Assembly: GCA_030602715.1 (NCBI GenBank)
Contig: JAUVZD010000007.1
Span: 13,581 to 77,580, forward strand
DNA from: Candidatus Coatesbacteria bacterium
GTDB taxonomy: Bacteria; RBG-13-66-14; B26-G2; JAUVZD01
Length of the DNA stretch: 64,000 nt
Direction: 5' to 3'
The translations under genes were made by a program, and so were the position numbers. The notes under the pieces are model-generated. The model ran no database searches. It was not told the DNA's origin and was given only the letters and a program-made list of their open reading frames with translations. How positions within the stretch are numbered: the stretch's first letter is position 1; each line of letters begins with the position of its first letter. Below, piece after piece: positions 17,281-27,575 of the stretch.

Positions 17281-18926
17281 TGTTTAAAGAATTGCTAAGC
17301 CCCACAACAACCCATTTGGTAATATTGAAGATCGGAGCCCTTGCCATACTGGGCTTCTTAACCGCCGTCTTCATCAGGCGGAGAAGGATTGTTCTCGCAG
17401 TAATCGGCATACTTGTTGTAGCGGTGCTTCATCTCTCTATCTTCGGTTTCTGGTTGATGGATGACGCTTATATAACCCACCGCTATGCAAAAAATTTCGC
17501 TTCCGGTCAGGGGCTGACCTTCAACCCGGAGGAAGCTGTTCCCATAGAGGGCTTCTCATCACCAATTTATCTTTTCACACTGGCTCTCCTCATAACACTC
17601 GGTGCATCATCTTTATATCTTACCCAGATGCTGAGTTTGCTGTTCTTCGCCGTATCTATGATGTTGCTCTTACTCTCCGTAAGAGCTTACTATGAAAAAT
17701 CAACGGAGATAGCCCTCTACTCAATCCTCTTCCTCTCGCTTGCCTCCCCTTACATCGTCTATGCCATATCCGGTATGGAGAACACCCTGGTTTCGTCCTT
17801 AATACTGCTGACAATTATCCTCTATTCAAAGGGCAAGAGAGCATTGACAGCCCTCACCTTCGGATTCCTGGCTATCGCACGCCCGGAGGGCTTCGTCATC
17901 GGTATAGCAGCCCTCACCTGCGACTTAATCGTCACCCAACGCGCCTCAAAGCGGAGGTTCAAGGAATGTGCATTCACAATACTAAAGTGGGTTCCGTTCA
18001 TAGCAATTTTTGGAGCGTATTTCCTGTTCCGCATATTATATTTTGAAGAAATCTTTCCAAACACATATTACGCCAAGATGGGAGGATATGTAGATAGAAT
18101 AGTGACCGGAATTGTATATTTCATCCGCTTCTTCATCTTCTTCGGATTACCCCTCTTCTCAGCTCTCTTTATCATCGGGCGAAAATTTATCAAGATGTAT
18201 CATCTCCCTCTAACGCTACTTGTAGCCTACACAGTATTCATCATCCTTGCCGGGGGTGACCTTCCAGCATATCGTTTCTTCACCTACACCATCCCGTTGA
18301 TCCTCCTGCTGGGGGTTGGTGGGTTGATCCACTTAAAGGGGATTTTAAGACGGGGCTTCACCGCGGTTCTGTTCATAATGATTTTTACCCTGGTATCCGG
18401 CACATATTTTCTGGCTTTGGTGGATATGGGTGGGGGGATTTCCTCATTAAAGGCGAGAGGAATTGTTATCGGAGTTGATAGGGTCCAGGGAGCGTTATAC
18501 AACCTGGCAAACGATATAAATAAGGACGCAGAGGGCGATGAGAAAATCGCATTGATAGATGCCGGCATCGTTCCCTATCTTACTGGATTGACTACCGTTG
18601 ACCTTTGGGGACTGATGGATGCCCAGATAGCGGAATGGAAGTATGCCTGTTCCAGCGGTGCTATTACCGGAGATGAGTTTGACCATAAGGTGTGCGAATA
18701 TTTCTTTGGGGGGCAGGTTGACTATTTGGCTATGGATGTCGTCGGTCAGAGTGAGGAGGAGATTGAAGAGATTCTCTCACAAGGTGAATACCATAAGTTG
18801 GAGAGCCACCACGACTTTCACCGCATAAATGAGGATGAGAAGTTCGTTGGACTCTACGAGGCGGTCGGGGTCTATACCATAAACGACGAATATCACCTGG
18901 TTCTCTTTAAGCGGCTGAGCAGTTGA
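17281..18926 (+). CDS. GT-C fold membrane glycosyltransferase (PMT_2/ArnT-like), paralog 1
   Basis: Multi-TM N-terminal half with a first-loop motif DDAYITHRYAKNFASGQGLTFNP (an ArnT/PMT-like DD/DE-x-Y...RYA motif), then a C-terminal soluble domain. The ATG at 17281 with an SD is preferred over 17220. Confidence 0.55.
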
Positions 18927-19093
18927 ATCTCACCTTGAAGGGGGTGGATTCTTTATTTTTTCCCGACTTTCACCAAATTCCCTACTTTACAGCTTGACTA
19001 TCACATTTCAATAATTTAATTACTAGTTTTCCTTTAAAACATAACCCGGAAGTTAATACCTACAAGAAATTTAAAAAATTTCCGGAGACCAAG

Positions 19094-20845
19094 ATGCGCT
19101 TCAACTCAGGCTGGGCTTGGACCGCCCTGGCGATTTTATCCGCGGTGTTCGTCATTCTTGCCACACTGCAATACTGGTCTATGGAGGAGGACGCCTTCAT
19201 CCTCTTCCGATATGCGGAGAGCGCCGCCCACGGCAACGGACTATATTTCAACGGCGACTACGGCTCACCGGAGCGAGTCGCCGGATATTCCAACATCGTC
19301 TGGATACTGATACTCGCCCTCGTCGCCAAGCTGGGTATCCCCACCCCGGCGGGAGCACGGGCGGTCCTTCTCCTGATAAGTTCGCTCAATCTAATTCTCC
19401 TGTATTATCTTACCAAGCGCATAACCGGCGAGCACCGCCCTCTCAACCTCCTCCCCCCCCTCCTTCTCGCCACCAATGTATGCTATCTATGGTATGCCCC
19501 CGGCGGAATGGAGCCGGCGCTCTTCATCTTCTTCGCCCAGAGCGCATTTCTAGCCTTCATGTATGAAGAGGAACACGGGGTGAGATTCCCCTACTCAGCC
19601 ATACTTTTCGCTCTCCTCACCATGACTCATCCCGAGGGACCGCTCTACTTTCTGGCTGCGGTCGCCTGGCGGGGCGCCAGGCGGTGGCGCAATAAGGAGA
19701 TATTCCTGCGTGACGGGGTCTGGTTCTTCATCTTCTGGACTATCTACTTCGGCTTTCTCATCTGGCATCTGGGCTACTATCGGGACCCCTTCCCCACCAC
19801 CTTTTACAACAAGGGCGTGGGGCATCCCCAGAAACTGCTTCCCGGGTTAAAACACCTGCTCTCCTTCTTCCTGGACAGCAGGGGATACATTCTATTTCTA
19901 CCAATTCTCGCCCTGCCTCTGCGCCGAAAATGGGACCGCCTGGCCTCACCCGGCCCCCCCCAAGGCGGGGTGGCGGGGTGGCTGGTCGCCCTTTTCGTGC
20001 TGGCTGGAGTCGGTTTCATCCTCGTCTGCGGGGGCGACAGCAAAACCCACTATCGTTTTATAATCCCCTTCATGCCCTTTCTCTTCGTCCTGGTTGCGGC
20101 GGGCTTGGCTCGTCTGGGAAAATGGATGCGAAACAAGCGAGCGCTGGCAGTCGCAGTAATTGCATCGCTTGCGGTCATCCTGGCGGTTACAAACACCGTT
20201 CTCTTTGACGATTTCGTCCCCCGGGGCAACATGCTTACCGCAAACATCGCCGAGCTGGTGAAGAACCCCCGCTACCTGATTGACAAGTGGCGATACAGCT
20301 TCGCCCCCTACTCCCACCACCCCAGCACCAATGTAGGTCGCTGGATGAAGGAAAACCTCCCCCCGGACAGTTACATAGCCACCGGACAGACCGGCAATAT
20401 CCCCTATTACGCAGAGATGACCTGCCTGGACATCATGGGATTTAACGACCAAATCATCCAGAAGATACGCATGGAGCGCAACTGGGGGTATAACACATAC
20501 ATCCTGGCACGCAAACCCGACTACCTGGGCGACTACGATGTCATGATGAGGCAGTATGGCGACCGATTAGCCCCCACCCGGCTGGTGGAGGACCCCGACT
20601 TTATCGCCAACTACGAGCTGTATGCGGTCATTGACACCGACCGGGCGGTTCGTGGGGAGAGCATCGGTATACAACGTTTCGTTCTTTTCAAAAGGCGGGA
20701 GCAACCGGTAGAATTAGAGGGCTGGGAATATGAAGAGGCGCTGGAGAGATTTATCTCCAAAGGGGAAAATGTGCTTAGCTACCCCTGTGATTATATCCTC
20801 CCTCCTGGATACAAAGAGAGCGAGAACGATGGTAAAGAGGAGTAA
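19094..20845 (+). CDS. GT-C fold membrane glycosyltransferase (PMT_2/ArnT-like), paralog 2
   Basis: Loop motif EEDAFILFRYAESAAHGNGLYFNGDYGSPE is homologous to paralog 1. About 11 TM helices plus a C-terminal soluble domain. Confidence 0.55.
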   Translation: MRFNSGWAWTALAILSAVFVILATLQYWSMEEDAFILFRYAESAAHGNGLYFNGDYGSPERVAGYSNIVWILILALVAKLGIPTPAGARAVLLLISSLNLILLYYLTKRITGEHRPLNLLPPLLLATNVCYLWYAPGGMEPALFIFFAQSAFLAFMYEEEHGVRFPYSAILFALLTMTHPEGPLYFLAAVAWRGARRWRNKEIFLRDGVWFFIFWTIYFGFLIWHLGYYRDPFPTTFYNKGVGHPQKLLPGLKHLLSFFLDSRGYILFLPILALPLRRKWDRLASPGPPQGGVAGWLVALFVLAGVGFILVCGGDSKTHYRFIIPFMPFLFVLVAAGLARLGKWMRNKRALAVAVIASLAVILAVTNTVLFDDFVPRGNMLTANIAELVKNPRYLIDKWRYSFAPYSHHPSTNVGRWMKENLPPDSYIATGQTGNIPYYAEMTCLDIMGFNDQIIQKIRMERNWGYNTYILARKPDYLGDYDVMMRQYGDRLAPTRLVEDPDFIANYELYAVIDTDRAVRGESIGIQRFVLFKRREQPVELEGWEYEEALERFISKGENVLSYPCDYILPPGYKESENDGKEE

Positions 20846-20978
20846 CGGGAGACGATGGACATGGTTGACCTGCGAAGGGAAACACGCACAATCGCAGTAA
20901 TGATTATCTTGACAAATCGTTTCCTTATGTTAGTATAAATGGTAAGATTTCAACCATTAACCGTAGGGAGGTTCAGAG

Positions 20979-21836
20979 ATGAAGTGGATTACCATTGTTT
21001 TTGTCCTGATGTTCTTGCCCTTCTGGGCATTTGGCTTGTTGGACGATACTGGAGCCGATTTAAGCGCTCCGTTTGGGAGCCAGATACCCACACCCAATCC
21101 CGATGTGGATATTGAGATAGATATCCTCAACACCTTCACATGTTCTTACGCATCGCATATCTTGGGATTGGATTATGTTGAGGACGAAAGCCTCTTGGGG
21201 TTTGACAGCAACTTGAACAAAACATTCTTCTATTGCGACCCTGACGACGGGACCTATGTGGACGAACTGTATCTGGCTTATTCCTCATCCCCCTTCTGTG
21301 CCGTTGCTGACGACAATGGATATGTGTATGTGGACGACTGGGGAGAATCCTACATAAACTGGTGGGACGGATCCTGGCATTCCTTCTCCAATCCCTCTGG
21401 GACCGATGGCAGAGGGATGGACTATGACTTTGACAGCGGTTACCTCTGGGAGACCAAATCCAGCACTGGCGTGTATCGCTTCCTCACCGATGGCACCGGC
21501 TCTGAGTTCTTCAGCCTTTCCGAGGTTCCCACCTCGATGAGCGGGCTCACCGTCTTCCCCCACGGCGACAATATGTGGTTGATGGTCACCACCTATGGCA
21601 CGTTTAACTTCTACTTCTACGAGTTTGACGGCTCTACGCTCACCTATCTGACCTACGAACCCTGTCCCACCGGCTGTTCCTCCTCCTTAGGACTGACCTA
21701 TTCCGCCGAGAGGGACACCTTCTTCTGGAGTTACAATAGCGGTGGCTACAAAATCAGCGAACTGGATATCACCTTTACTTTCACCGCCGTTCAGCCGGTA
21801 TCTCTCGGCTACATCAAGGCTCTAATGAGCGAGTAA
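20979..21836 (+). CDS. Secreted D/G/Y/W-rich beta-propeller-like protein with the conserved C-terminal tail ...VQPVSLGYIKALMSE (family member 1)
   Basis: Signal peptide MKWITIVFVLMFLPFWAFG. The last 16 codons are nearly nucleotide-identical to those of the next gene. Confidence 0.7.
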   Translation: MKWITIVFVLMFLPFWAFGLLDDTGADLSAPFGSQIPTPNPDVDIEIDILNTFTCSYASHILGLDYVEDESLLGFDSNLNKTFFYCDPDDGTYVDELYLAYSSSPFCAVADDNGYVYVDDWGESYINWWDGSWHSFSNPSGTDGRGMDYDFDSGYLWETKSSTGVYRFLTDGTGSEFFSLSEVPTSMSGLTVFPHGDNMWLMVTTYGTFNFYFYEFDGSTLTYLTYEPCPTGCSSSLGLTYSAERDTFFWSYNSGGYKISELDITFTFTAVQPVSLGYIKALMSE

Positions 21837-21857
21837 ATCTTAGAGGCAAGGAAAGCC

Positions 21858-21897
21858 AAAGTGGATGGGTCAATTCTTCCCATCCACTTTTATTTTT
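21858..21897 (+). terminator. Rho-independent terminator (copy 1 of the repeated cassette)
   Basis: AAAGTGGATGGG-tcaattctt-CCCATCCACTTT followed by TATTTTT. Confidence 0.75.
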
Positions 21898-21960
21898 AAA
21901 CGGCTTGGATCAGCATCGTTGCCTGAGAGGGGGAACCATCCCAATCGGGTAATTTTTTTC

Positions 21961-21989
21961 TTGACATCTTTACTATTTTTATCTATAAT
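21961..21989 (+). promoter_or_regulatory. Consensus sigma70 promoter TTGACA-17-TATAAT (cassette copy 1, drives family member 2)
   Basis: An exact -35/-10 consensus with a 17-nt spacer. A strong SD AGGAGG lies before the ATG at 22093. Confidence 0.7.
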
Positions 21990-22092
21990 TTCAATGTAGT
22001 TACCCAGATAGTTAGTGGTTTTATTTTATTATTTTGTTTGTGGCTTCATAGTGAGGGGCTGAAACAAAAACCTAAAAAAAGGAGGATTTGGG

Positions 22093-22890
22093 ATGAGAAT
22101 TTTACTTATTTCAGTTATCTTGGTAGCAGTGGCTGCTGTTGCCTATGGAGACCCGGGCGATATTCTTGACCAATGGCAAGTCTCTGGCCAGTCTTACAAT
22201 TATGTCCGCGGGTTGGCTTATGATTGGAACGATGAGGATGTCTGGTGTATTGATAACGATGCCGGCTATGCTATTGACTATTGCAAGTTCGACGGCGCAT
22301 CACCACACGATGTAGTCGTCCCCTGGGATGATGTTTCCTCAACTTGTTACTGGGGCTTTGACATCGCCTACGATGGAACCTACATCTACATGAATGACCA
22401 GAATATTCTTGTTTATGTAATTGACCCCACCGATGGAAGTGTGGTGGATTCCTTTAGTGCCCCTTGTGGTGGCGGAGATTATCCCGAGGGCATCGCCTAC
22501 AACCAGGATACTGACTACCTTTACCACACCGGTTTTTACAGTAAGACCATGTGGGTAACCAACACCAGTGGGACTGTTGTTGATACCTGGACCAATATTC
22601 TCCCATCCGCTTCTGGTAATATGGGCGTAGCCTATGGATATGGAAGGATCTGGGTTACCAATAACACCACTAATGAGATCTACCGAATAGACCCAGACAC
22701 CGGCACTCTTGAAGTAACATTCGGTCACAGTATACCTGACTATGAGTTAGGTCTCTGCTGGTCACCTAACGACACATTATTTGCTGCTAATTTCTTGACT
22801 GGATACATCTACGAAATTGAGCCGGACCTAACCTTCACCAGTGTACAGCCAGTATCTCTCGGTTACATCAAGGCTCTAATGAGCGAGTAA
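22093..22890 (+). CDS. Secreted beta-propeller-like (NHL/YVTN-like repeats) protein with the conserved tail ...VQPVSLGYIKALMSE (family member 2)
   Basis: Signal peptide MRILLISVILVAVAAVAYG. Repeats resemble GIAYNQDTDYLY and RIWVTNNTTNEIYRIDPDTG. The C-terminus is identical to member 1. Confidence 0.7.
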   Translation: MRILLISVILVAVAAVAYGDPGDILDQWQVSGQSYNYVRGLAYDWNDEDVWCIDNDAGYAIDYCKFDGASPHDVVVPWDDVSSTCYWGFDIAYDGTYIYMNDQNILVYVIDPTDGSVVDSFSAPCGGGDYPEGIAYNQDTDYLYHTGFYSKTMWVTNTSGTVVDTWTNILPSASGNMGVAYGYGRIWVTNNTTNEIYRIDPDTGTLEVTFGHSIPDYELGLCWSPNDTLFAANFLTGYIYEIEPDLTFTSVQPVSLGYIKALMSE

Positions 22891-22911
22891 ATCTTAGAGG
22901 CTAGGAAAACC

Positions 22912-22952
22912 AAAGTGGATGGGTAATTTCTTCCCATCCACTTTTTATTTTT
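22912..22952 (+). terminator. Rho-independent terminator (cassette copy 2)
   Basis: The same hairpin as copy 1, followed by a T-run. Confidence 0.75.
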
Positions 22953-23015
22953 AAACGGCTTGGATTTGTATCGTCTACTGAGAGGGGGAACCATCCCAAT
23001 CGGGTAATTTTTTTA

Positions 23016-23044
23016 TTTGACATCTTGACTATTTTAATTTATAA
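23016..23044 (+). promoter_or_regulatory. Consensus sigma70 promoter TTGACA-17-TATAAT (cassette copy 2, drives family member 3)
   Basis: TTGACA at 23016-23021, a 17-nt spacer and TATAAT at 23039-23044. Confidence 0.65.
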
Positions 23045-23147
23045 TCTTATATGGACTTTTGAGAAAGAATTCCTGCTTTGAAAAATGTGATACAATTGAT
23101 ATACAGAGACGGTCCAAAACAGGTTTGACAGAAGGATTTGGTCAGTT

Positions 23148-23863
23148 ATGAATAAGATTACAGTTTTGCTGTCGATTTTGTTGTTGGTGACGCCTCCTCT
23201 ATTAGCGACCGCCGACATCCTCTGGCAGGATGACTTTGACGGCTACTATCCTGGCATGCCCCTGGAGGATTCGCCGGATTGGGATGAATTCTGTCCTCCC
23301 GATTATTGGACCTTTGTTGTTGTCACCCAATCGGGAGATGACCTATGGGTCGGCGCAAATTGGTCACTTTGCATTGCCACCGGAGGCGCTGACAACCCCA
23401 ATATGAAAGTCTCCGCCGGGAGGTGGACATAGGTGTCGCTCATTATGGCCTTCTAGGAGTTCTTACTCGTTATTCAATCTCTGAAGAAAATGGTTATGCT
23501 GCTGTATGTAAGGTTACCGATACTTACTATGACCCTTACCCTCCTAGCTTTTATGGGGAGATACACTACATTGATAGTTGCTTTTCGTATGAGCGACTGG
23601 TTTCTATTGAACTGCCCGGGGCAATAAGTTCCATCAGTATCGTTGCCCACGGAGAAAACCCCGTCTATCTTGAGGCTTGGTTTGACGGTCACTGCCTTAC
23701 AACCAATGATTACATTTATAATCTTACGGAGGGCTACGGCGGAATATTCGCCGAGGGGTGTATGTGTCTAGAAGGCTACTTAGACGACTTCCTGGAGGAG
23801 GAGGTCTACGAAAATATAAAGCCCGCATCTCTCGGTTACATCAAGGCTATAATGAGCGAGTAA
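23148..23863 (+). pseudogene. Family member 3 (tail ...KPASLGYIKAIMSE), split by a frameshift near 23393-23432 into two ORFs (23148..23432 and 23423..23863)
   Basis: The first ORF has a signal peptide and a mature N-terminus ADILWQDDF like member 2. The second ORF, in frame +2, carries the conserved tail. The second frame is open from 23393. A fused product would be about 240 aa, like the paralogs. Confidence 0.5.
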
Positions 23864-23884
23864 AGCTTAGCGGCTGGGAAAACC

Positions 23885-23924
23885 AAAGTGGATGGGTCAA
23901 TTCTTCCCATCCACTTTTATTTTT
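23885..23924 (+). terminator. Rho-independent terminator (cassette copy 3); may act bidirectionally with the convergent gene ending at 24031
   Basis: The same AAAGTGGATGGG...CCCATCCACTTT hairpin plus a T-run. Confidence 0.7.
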
Positions 23925-24030
23925 AAACGGCTTGGATTTACATCGTCGCCTGCGAGGAAAAATACGCCCACTCCGCATAATCCTTTCTTCACATCTTTAC
24001 TACCACTAACTTTCCAGATTGCTCATCACC

Positions 24031-25563
24031 TCACTTCACCGACACATACAACCTGGCCAGTTCCGTCCCGCCGATGAGCTTTAGGTTGCCCCCCTCCACC
24101 AGTTCCTGCTCGCCAATCTGATATTCTTCCCGCCACTTCTCCGGGAACCAGACCAGCACCGCCCTACTTTCAGCCATATATTCGCCGAAATCAACCGCTC
24201 TATCGGTAACCTGCGGCGATATTTTTGCTATGCGTAAGCTGTATAAATAGATGGGATATGGGTAGTTGCTCACCAGGGGAGCATCTTCAGGCAATATCCG
24301 GGAAAGCTCGGCGATTCCCTCCCGCCACATCGGATTGGCATAGCCCAAAGAACCGTCCCCATACATTTTGAGGAGATAACCGCCAGTGGAAAAAGTTGCA
24401 GCCGAAAGCCAGACCAGAAAAAGGAGGAGCGCAAATCTCTTTATTCCCACCCCACTTCTCTGAGCGAATAAGAGCTTACGAAGGACGAAGACCACCAGTA
24501 AAAGCAAGGGCACAAAGATGGGGGCAAGCAGACGGCTGTCCAAAAAATCAAATTTGACGATGGTGGCAAGAAAGACCAGTCCCGAAAGATATAGCAGAAT
24601 ATACACAACCAGGACTATCACCATCAACCTACCCCGACCATCCAACTCTCCTCGCATCCTTCGCAGGATTATGATTACACCGACCGCAACCAAGGCCAGA
24701 AAGGCAAACCCCACCGACAGATGCAGCCACCGAGCCAACCCGGGGTTGGTAAGCCAGACGCCCACCACCTCTCCGATGCGTGAGAGGTTGGTGAGAAGCC
24801 CATAAGGCGAGCGACCTCTCTGCCCCACAGGACTGCCGGAGGCTATAAAACTATACATCAGCCACAAAAATAGTGGCATGCCGGCTATCAGCGAATACCA
24901 AATCGCCTTACTCCATCGCTTGCCGTCTCTTAAAGTGAAGCGGGGATAGAAAAAGATTGCCGTAACAACGGTGAAGATTGTCACCACACCTATATACCGG
25001 AGCATACACCCCAGAGCGGTCAGCAGTGCCGAGGCGACCAACGCCCTCCTCCGCTTCCTCTCCAATCCCTCTACCAACAACCATAATGCGACCATCACCA
25101 CTAAGATAAAGGAGACCTCGGTCCAAATACAGGATGCGCACATCACCAGCGGGGGAGCCAAAGCCACCCCTGCCCCTACGCATAGTCCCATCCCGGGCGA
25201 GTCGGTCATGCGGAAGGCATAGTAAGCGAAGAGAACGACCGAGCAAGCCAGTAGCAGAGCGTTGAAGAATGCGCTGGCGGTTATAGGTGATAAACAGATA
25301 GATTTAAACAGGGCTAAAAGCAGGGGGAAGGCGGGGGGCCAGAGGCTGATGTGGCTTGGCGGACCGACTTCATCCCATAGTTGGAAGGGGGAGGTGAAAC
25401 CTCGCCCGCCATCTAGGTTGTCGGCGATGGCGATGTAGAAGAGCGAATCCATGGAGACGCCGGGACCGTGGTTTGACTGAGCCACAAGCACCGCTCCCCC
25501 GCTTAGCAGTGCCAAGCCGAGCAAGGGAATTAAAAAATTGCTCATGGTGGAAATAGGTCTCAC
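24031..25563 (-). CDS. GT-C fold membrane glycosyltransferase (PMT_2/ArnT-like), paralog 3
   Basis: Loop motif SMDSLFYIAIADNLDGGRGFTSP is homologous to paralogs 1 and 2. Many TM helices. The start may be the internal M at 25545. Confidence 0.55.
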   Translation of the reverse strand: MRPISTMSNFLIPLLGLALLSGGAVLVAQSNHGPGVSMDSLFYIAIADNLDGGRGFTSPFQLWDEVGPPSHISLWPPAFPLLLALFKSICLSPITASAFFNALLLACSVVLFAYYAFRMTDSPGMGLCVGAGVALAPPLVMCASCIWTEVSFILVVMVALWLLVEGLERKRRRALVASALLTALGCMLRYIGVVTIFTVVTAIFFYPRFTLRDGKRWSKAIWYSLIAGMPLFLWLMYSFIASGSPVGQRGRSPYGLLTNLSRIGEVVGVWLTNPGLARWLHLSVGFAFLALVAVGVIIILRRMRGELDGRGRLMVIVLVVYILLYLSGLVFLATIVKFDFLDSRLLAPIFVPLLLLVVFVLRKLLFAQRSGVGIKRFALLLFLVWLSAATFSTGGYLLKMYGDGSLGYANPMWREGIAELSRILPEDAPLVSNYPYPIYLYSLRIAKISPQVTDRAVDFGEYMAESRAVLVWFPEKWREEYQIGEQELVEGGNLKLIGGTELARLYVSVK

Positions 25564-25621
25564 CAGGACTCCTCAGGATGATGAAACTCTCTGATAAATT
25601 GTATAAATCCAGCCTAACAGA

Positions 25622-25646
25622 AACCCCTCCCTGAGGGCGGAGGGGT
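25622..25646 (-). terminator. Rho-independent terminator downstream of glmS
   Basis: On the minus strand: CCCCTCC-gccctca-GGGAGGGG, then TTT. Confidence 0.5.
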
Positions 25647-25666
25647 AAGTATCCACTCCAACCTTC

Positions 25667-27502
25667 CTACTCCACGGTCACACTCTTTGCCAGGTTCCTC
25701 GGCTGGTCCACATCACAGCCCCTACCCAGGGCGGCGTAATAAGCCAGGAGTTGTAGCGGCACGGTAGCCATGATGGGCATTACCATGCGGTGAGAGCGGG
25801 GGAGGTAAATGGTGCTGGTGCAGTGCTCCTCAATCCCCTGGGTGCCCTCGCAGACCAGACCGAACACTCGGGCCTGGCGAGCCCGCACCTCCTGCACATT
25901 GGACAGGGTCTTCTCTATCACCGATTCCTGGGTCATAATAGCCACCACCGGCGTTCCATCCTCCACCAGGGCGATGGTGCCATGCTTCAGCTCTCCGGCG
26001 GCATATGCCTCCGCATGAATATAGCTTATCTCCTTGAGCTTGAGCGCTCCCTCCCTGGCGATGGGCTCGTCAAGGTTGCGCCCCAGAAAGTAGCAGTGCT
26101 CATCGTCCAATATCTGGTCCGCCAATCCCTTGAACTCCTCCTGACGTGCCAGAAGGGAGTCAATGTCCGAGGGCAGGCGATTCAACCCCTTGATCAACTG
26201 TTTGCGATCTATCTTGGAGGAGACGCCCCTGATATCGGAGAGATAAAGACCCAGGAGGAGCAAGACGGTCAGCTGGGCGATGAAGGCTTTGGTGGAAGCT
26301 ACCGCAATCTCCGGACCGGCATAGGTATAGAGCACCGAATCGGAGTGGCGGGCGATGGAAGAGCCCTGGACGTTGGTTATAGCCAGGCTGGTAGCTCCCA
26401 ACTCCCGGGCGGTATCCAAGCTGGCTAGAGTGTCCGCCGTCTCCCCCGATTGACTGACCAAAACCACCAGGTCGCGGGGATGGACCACCGGTTTCCGGTA
26501 TCTGAATTCACTGGCGATATCCGCTGCCACCGGCAGTCCCAGCATCTCCTCCAGAATATATTTGCCGTAAATGCAGGCGTGGTAAGCGGTTCCACAAGCC
26601 ACCAGATGGATGCGCTTCGCCCTCCGCAAATGTTCATCAGTCACCGCCAAATCCAGCTTGACATCCCCTTTGGGGCTCAACCGTCCCTTGGTGGTGTTAT
26701 GCACCACCCGGGGTTGTTCAGTTATCTCCTTGAGCATGTAGTATTGGTAGCCCTTTTTGGAGGTTTCTTCTACAGTCCAATCCACAATTGATATGTGCCG
26801 GTTGGAAGCGCTGATAGGGGGACCGTCAACAAAGGTGTCCACCTCAATAATGTCTTCAGCTACTTTGACGATATCGCCGTTGTTTAGAATATAAAATTTA
26901 TTTGTTTTGCTCAACAGAGCGGGGATGTCGCTGGCGATGTAGTTTTCCCCATAACCCAATCCAATGATAAGGGGTGCGTTCATGCGGGCAGCCACCAGAT
27001 AACGCTCATCTTTGTGCATAAAGACCAGGGCGAAGGAACCCTGCACCTCAACCAAGGCTTTCTTAACCGCTTCCTTCAGGTCTCCCTGGTAATGCTTTTC
27101 CACCAGATGAGCCAACACCTCGGTATCGGTCTGGGAGACGAACTGGTGCCCCTCAGCGATGAGCTTCTCCTTTAGGGGGAGATAGTTCTCAATGATACCG
27201 TTCTGGATTACGACGATATTACCACTACAGTCCATGTGGGGATGGGCATTGATGTAGGTGGGAACCCCATGGGTAGCCCAGCGGGTATGTCCGACGCCCA
27301 TGGTGCCGGTGGGCATATTATTAGCCAGGAGCTTCTCCAATTCCTCCAACTTTCCCGGGGCTTTCTCTATCACCAGCTCCCCGGAGGAATTGACCACCGC
27401 AATGCCGGCGGAATCATAGCCCCGATAGGCGAGGTTTTCCAGCGTCTCCACCAGAAATGGACCTGCTTCCATGGAGCCTACATAACTGACAATCCCACAC
27501 AT
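25667..27502 (-). CDS. glmS: Glutamine--fructose-6-phosphate aminotransferase (GlmS)
   Basis: MCGIVSYVG N-terminus (the catalytic Cys follows Met). SIS domains. 610 aa. The track ORF is extended by 6 codons. Confidence 0.9.
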   Translation of the reverse strand: MCGIVSYVGSMEAGPFLVETLENLAYRGYDSAGIAVVNSSGELVIEKAPGKLEELEKLLANNMPTGTMGVGHTRWATHGVPTYINAHPHMDCSGNIVVIQNGIIENYLPLKEKLIAEGHQFVSQTDTEVLAHLVEKHYQGDLKEAVKKALVEVQGSFALVFMHKDERYLVAARMNAPLIIGLGYGENYIASDIPALLSKTNKFYILNNGDIVKVAEDIIEVDTFVDGPPISASNRHISIVDWTVEETSKKGYQYYMLKEITEQPRVVHNTTKGRLSPKGDVKLDLAVTDEHLRRAKRIHLVACGTAYHACIYGKYILEEMLGLPVAADIASEFRYRKPVVHPRDLVVLVSQSGETADTLASLDTARELGATSLAITNVQGSSIARHSDSVLYTYAGPEIAVASTKAFIAQLTVLLLLGLYLSDIRGVSSKIDRKQLIKGLNRLPSDIDSLLARQEEFKGLADQILDDEHCYFLGRNLDEPIAREGALKLKEISYIHAEAYAAGELKHGTIALVEDGTPVVAIMTQESVIEKTLSNVQEVRARQARVFGLVCEGTQGIEEHCTSTIYLPRSHRMVMPIMATVPLQLLAYYAALGRGCDVDQPRNLAKSVTVE

Positions 27503-27575
27503 TACCACCCTCCAGAGCAATTGAAACCACGATGGATTTCGCTACACATTATGATAACAAAATATGCTGTGAAAA

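Noticed and set aside
27503-27575. glmS ribozyme upstream of glmS
   Set aside because: The intergenic space is only about 73 nt, too short for the ~170-nt ribozyme, and no conserved core was seen.
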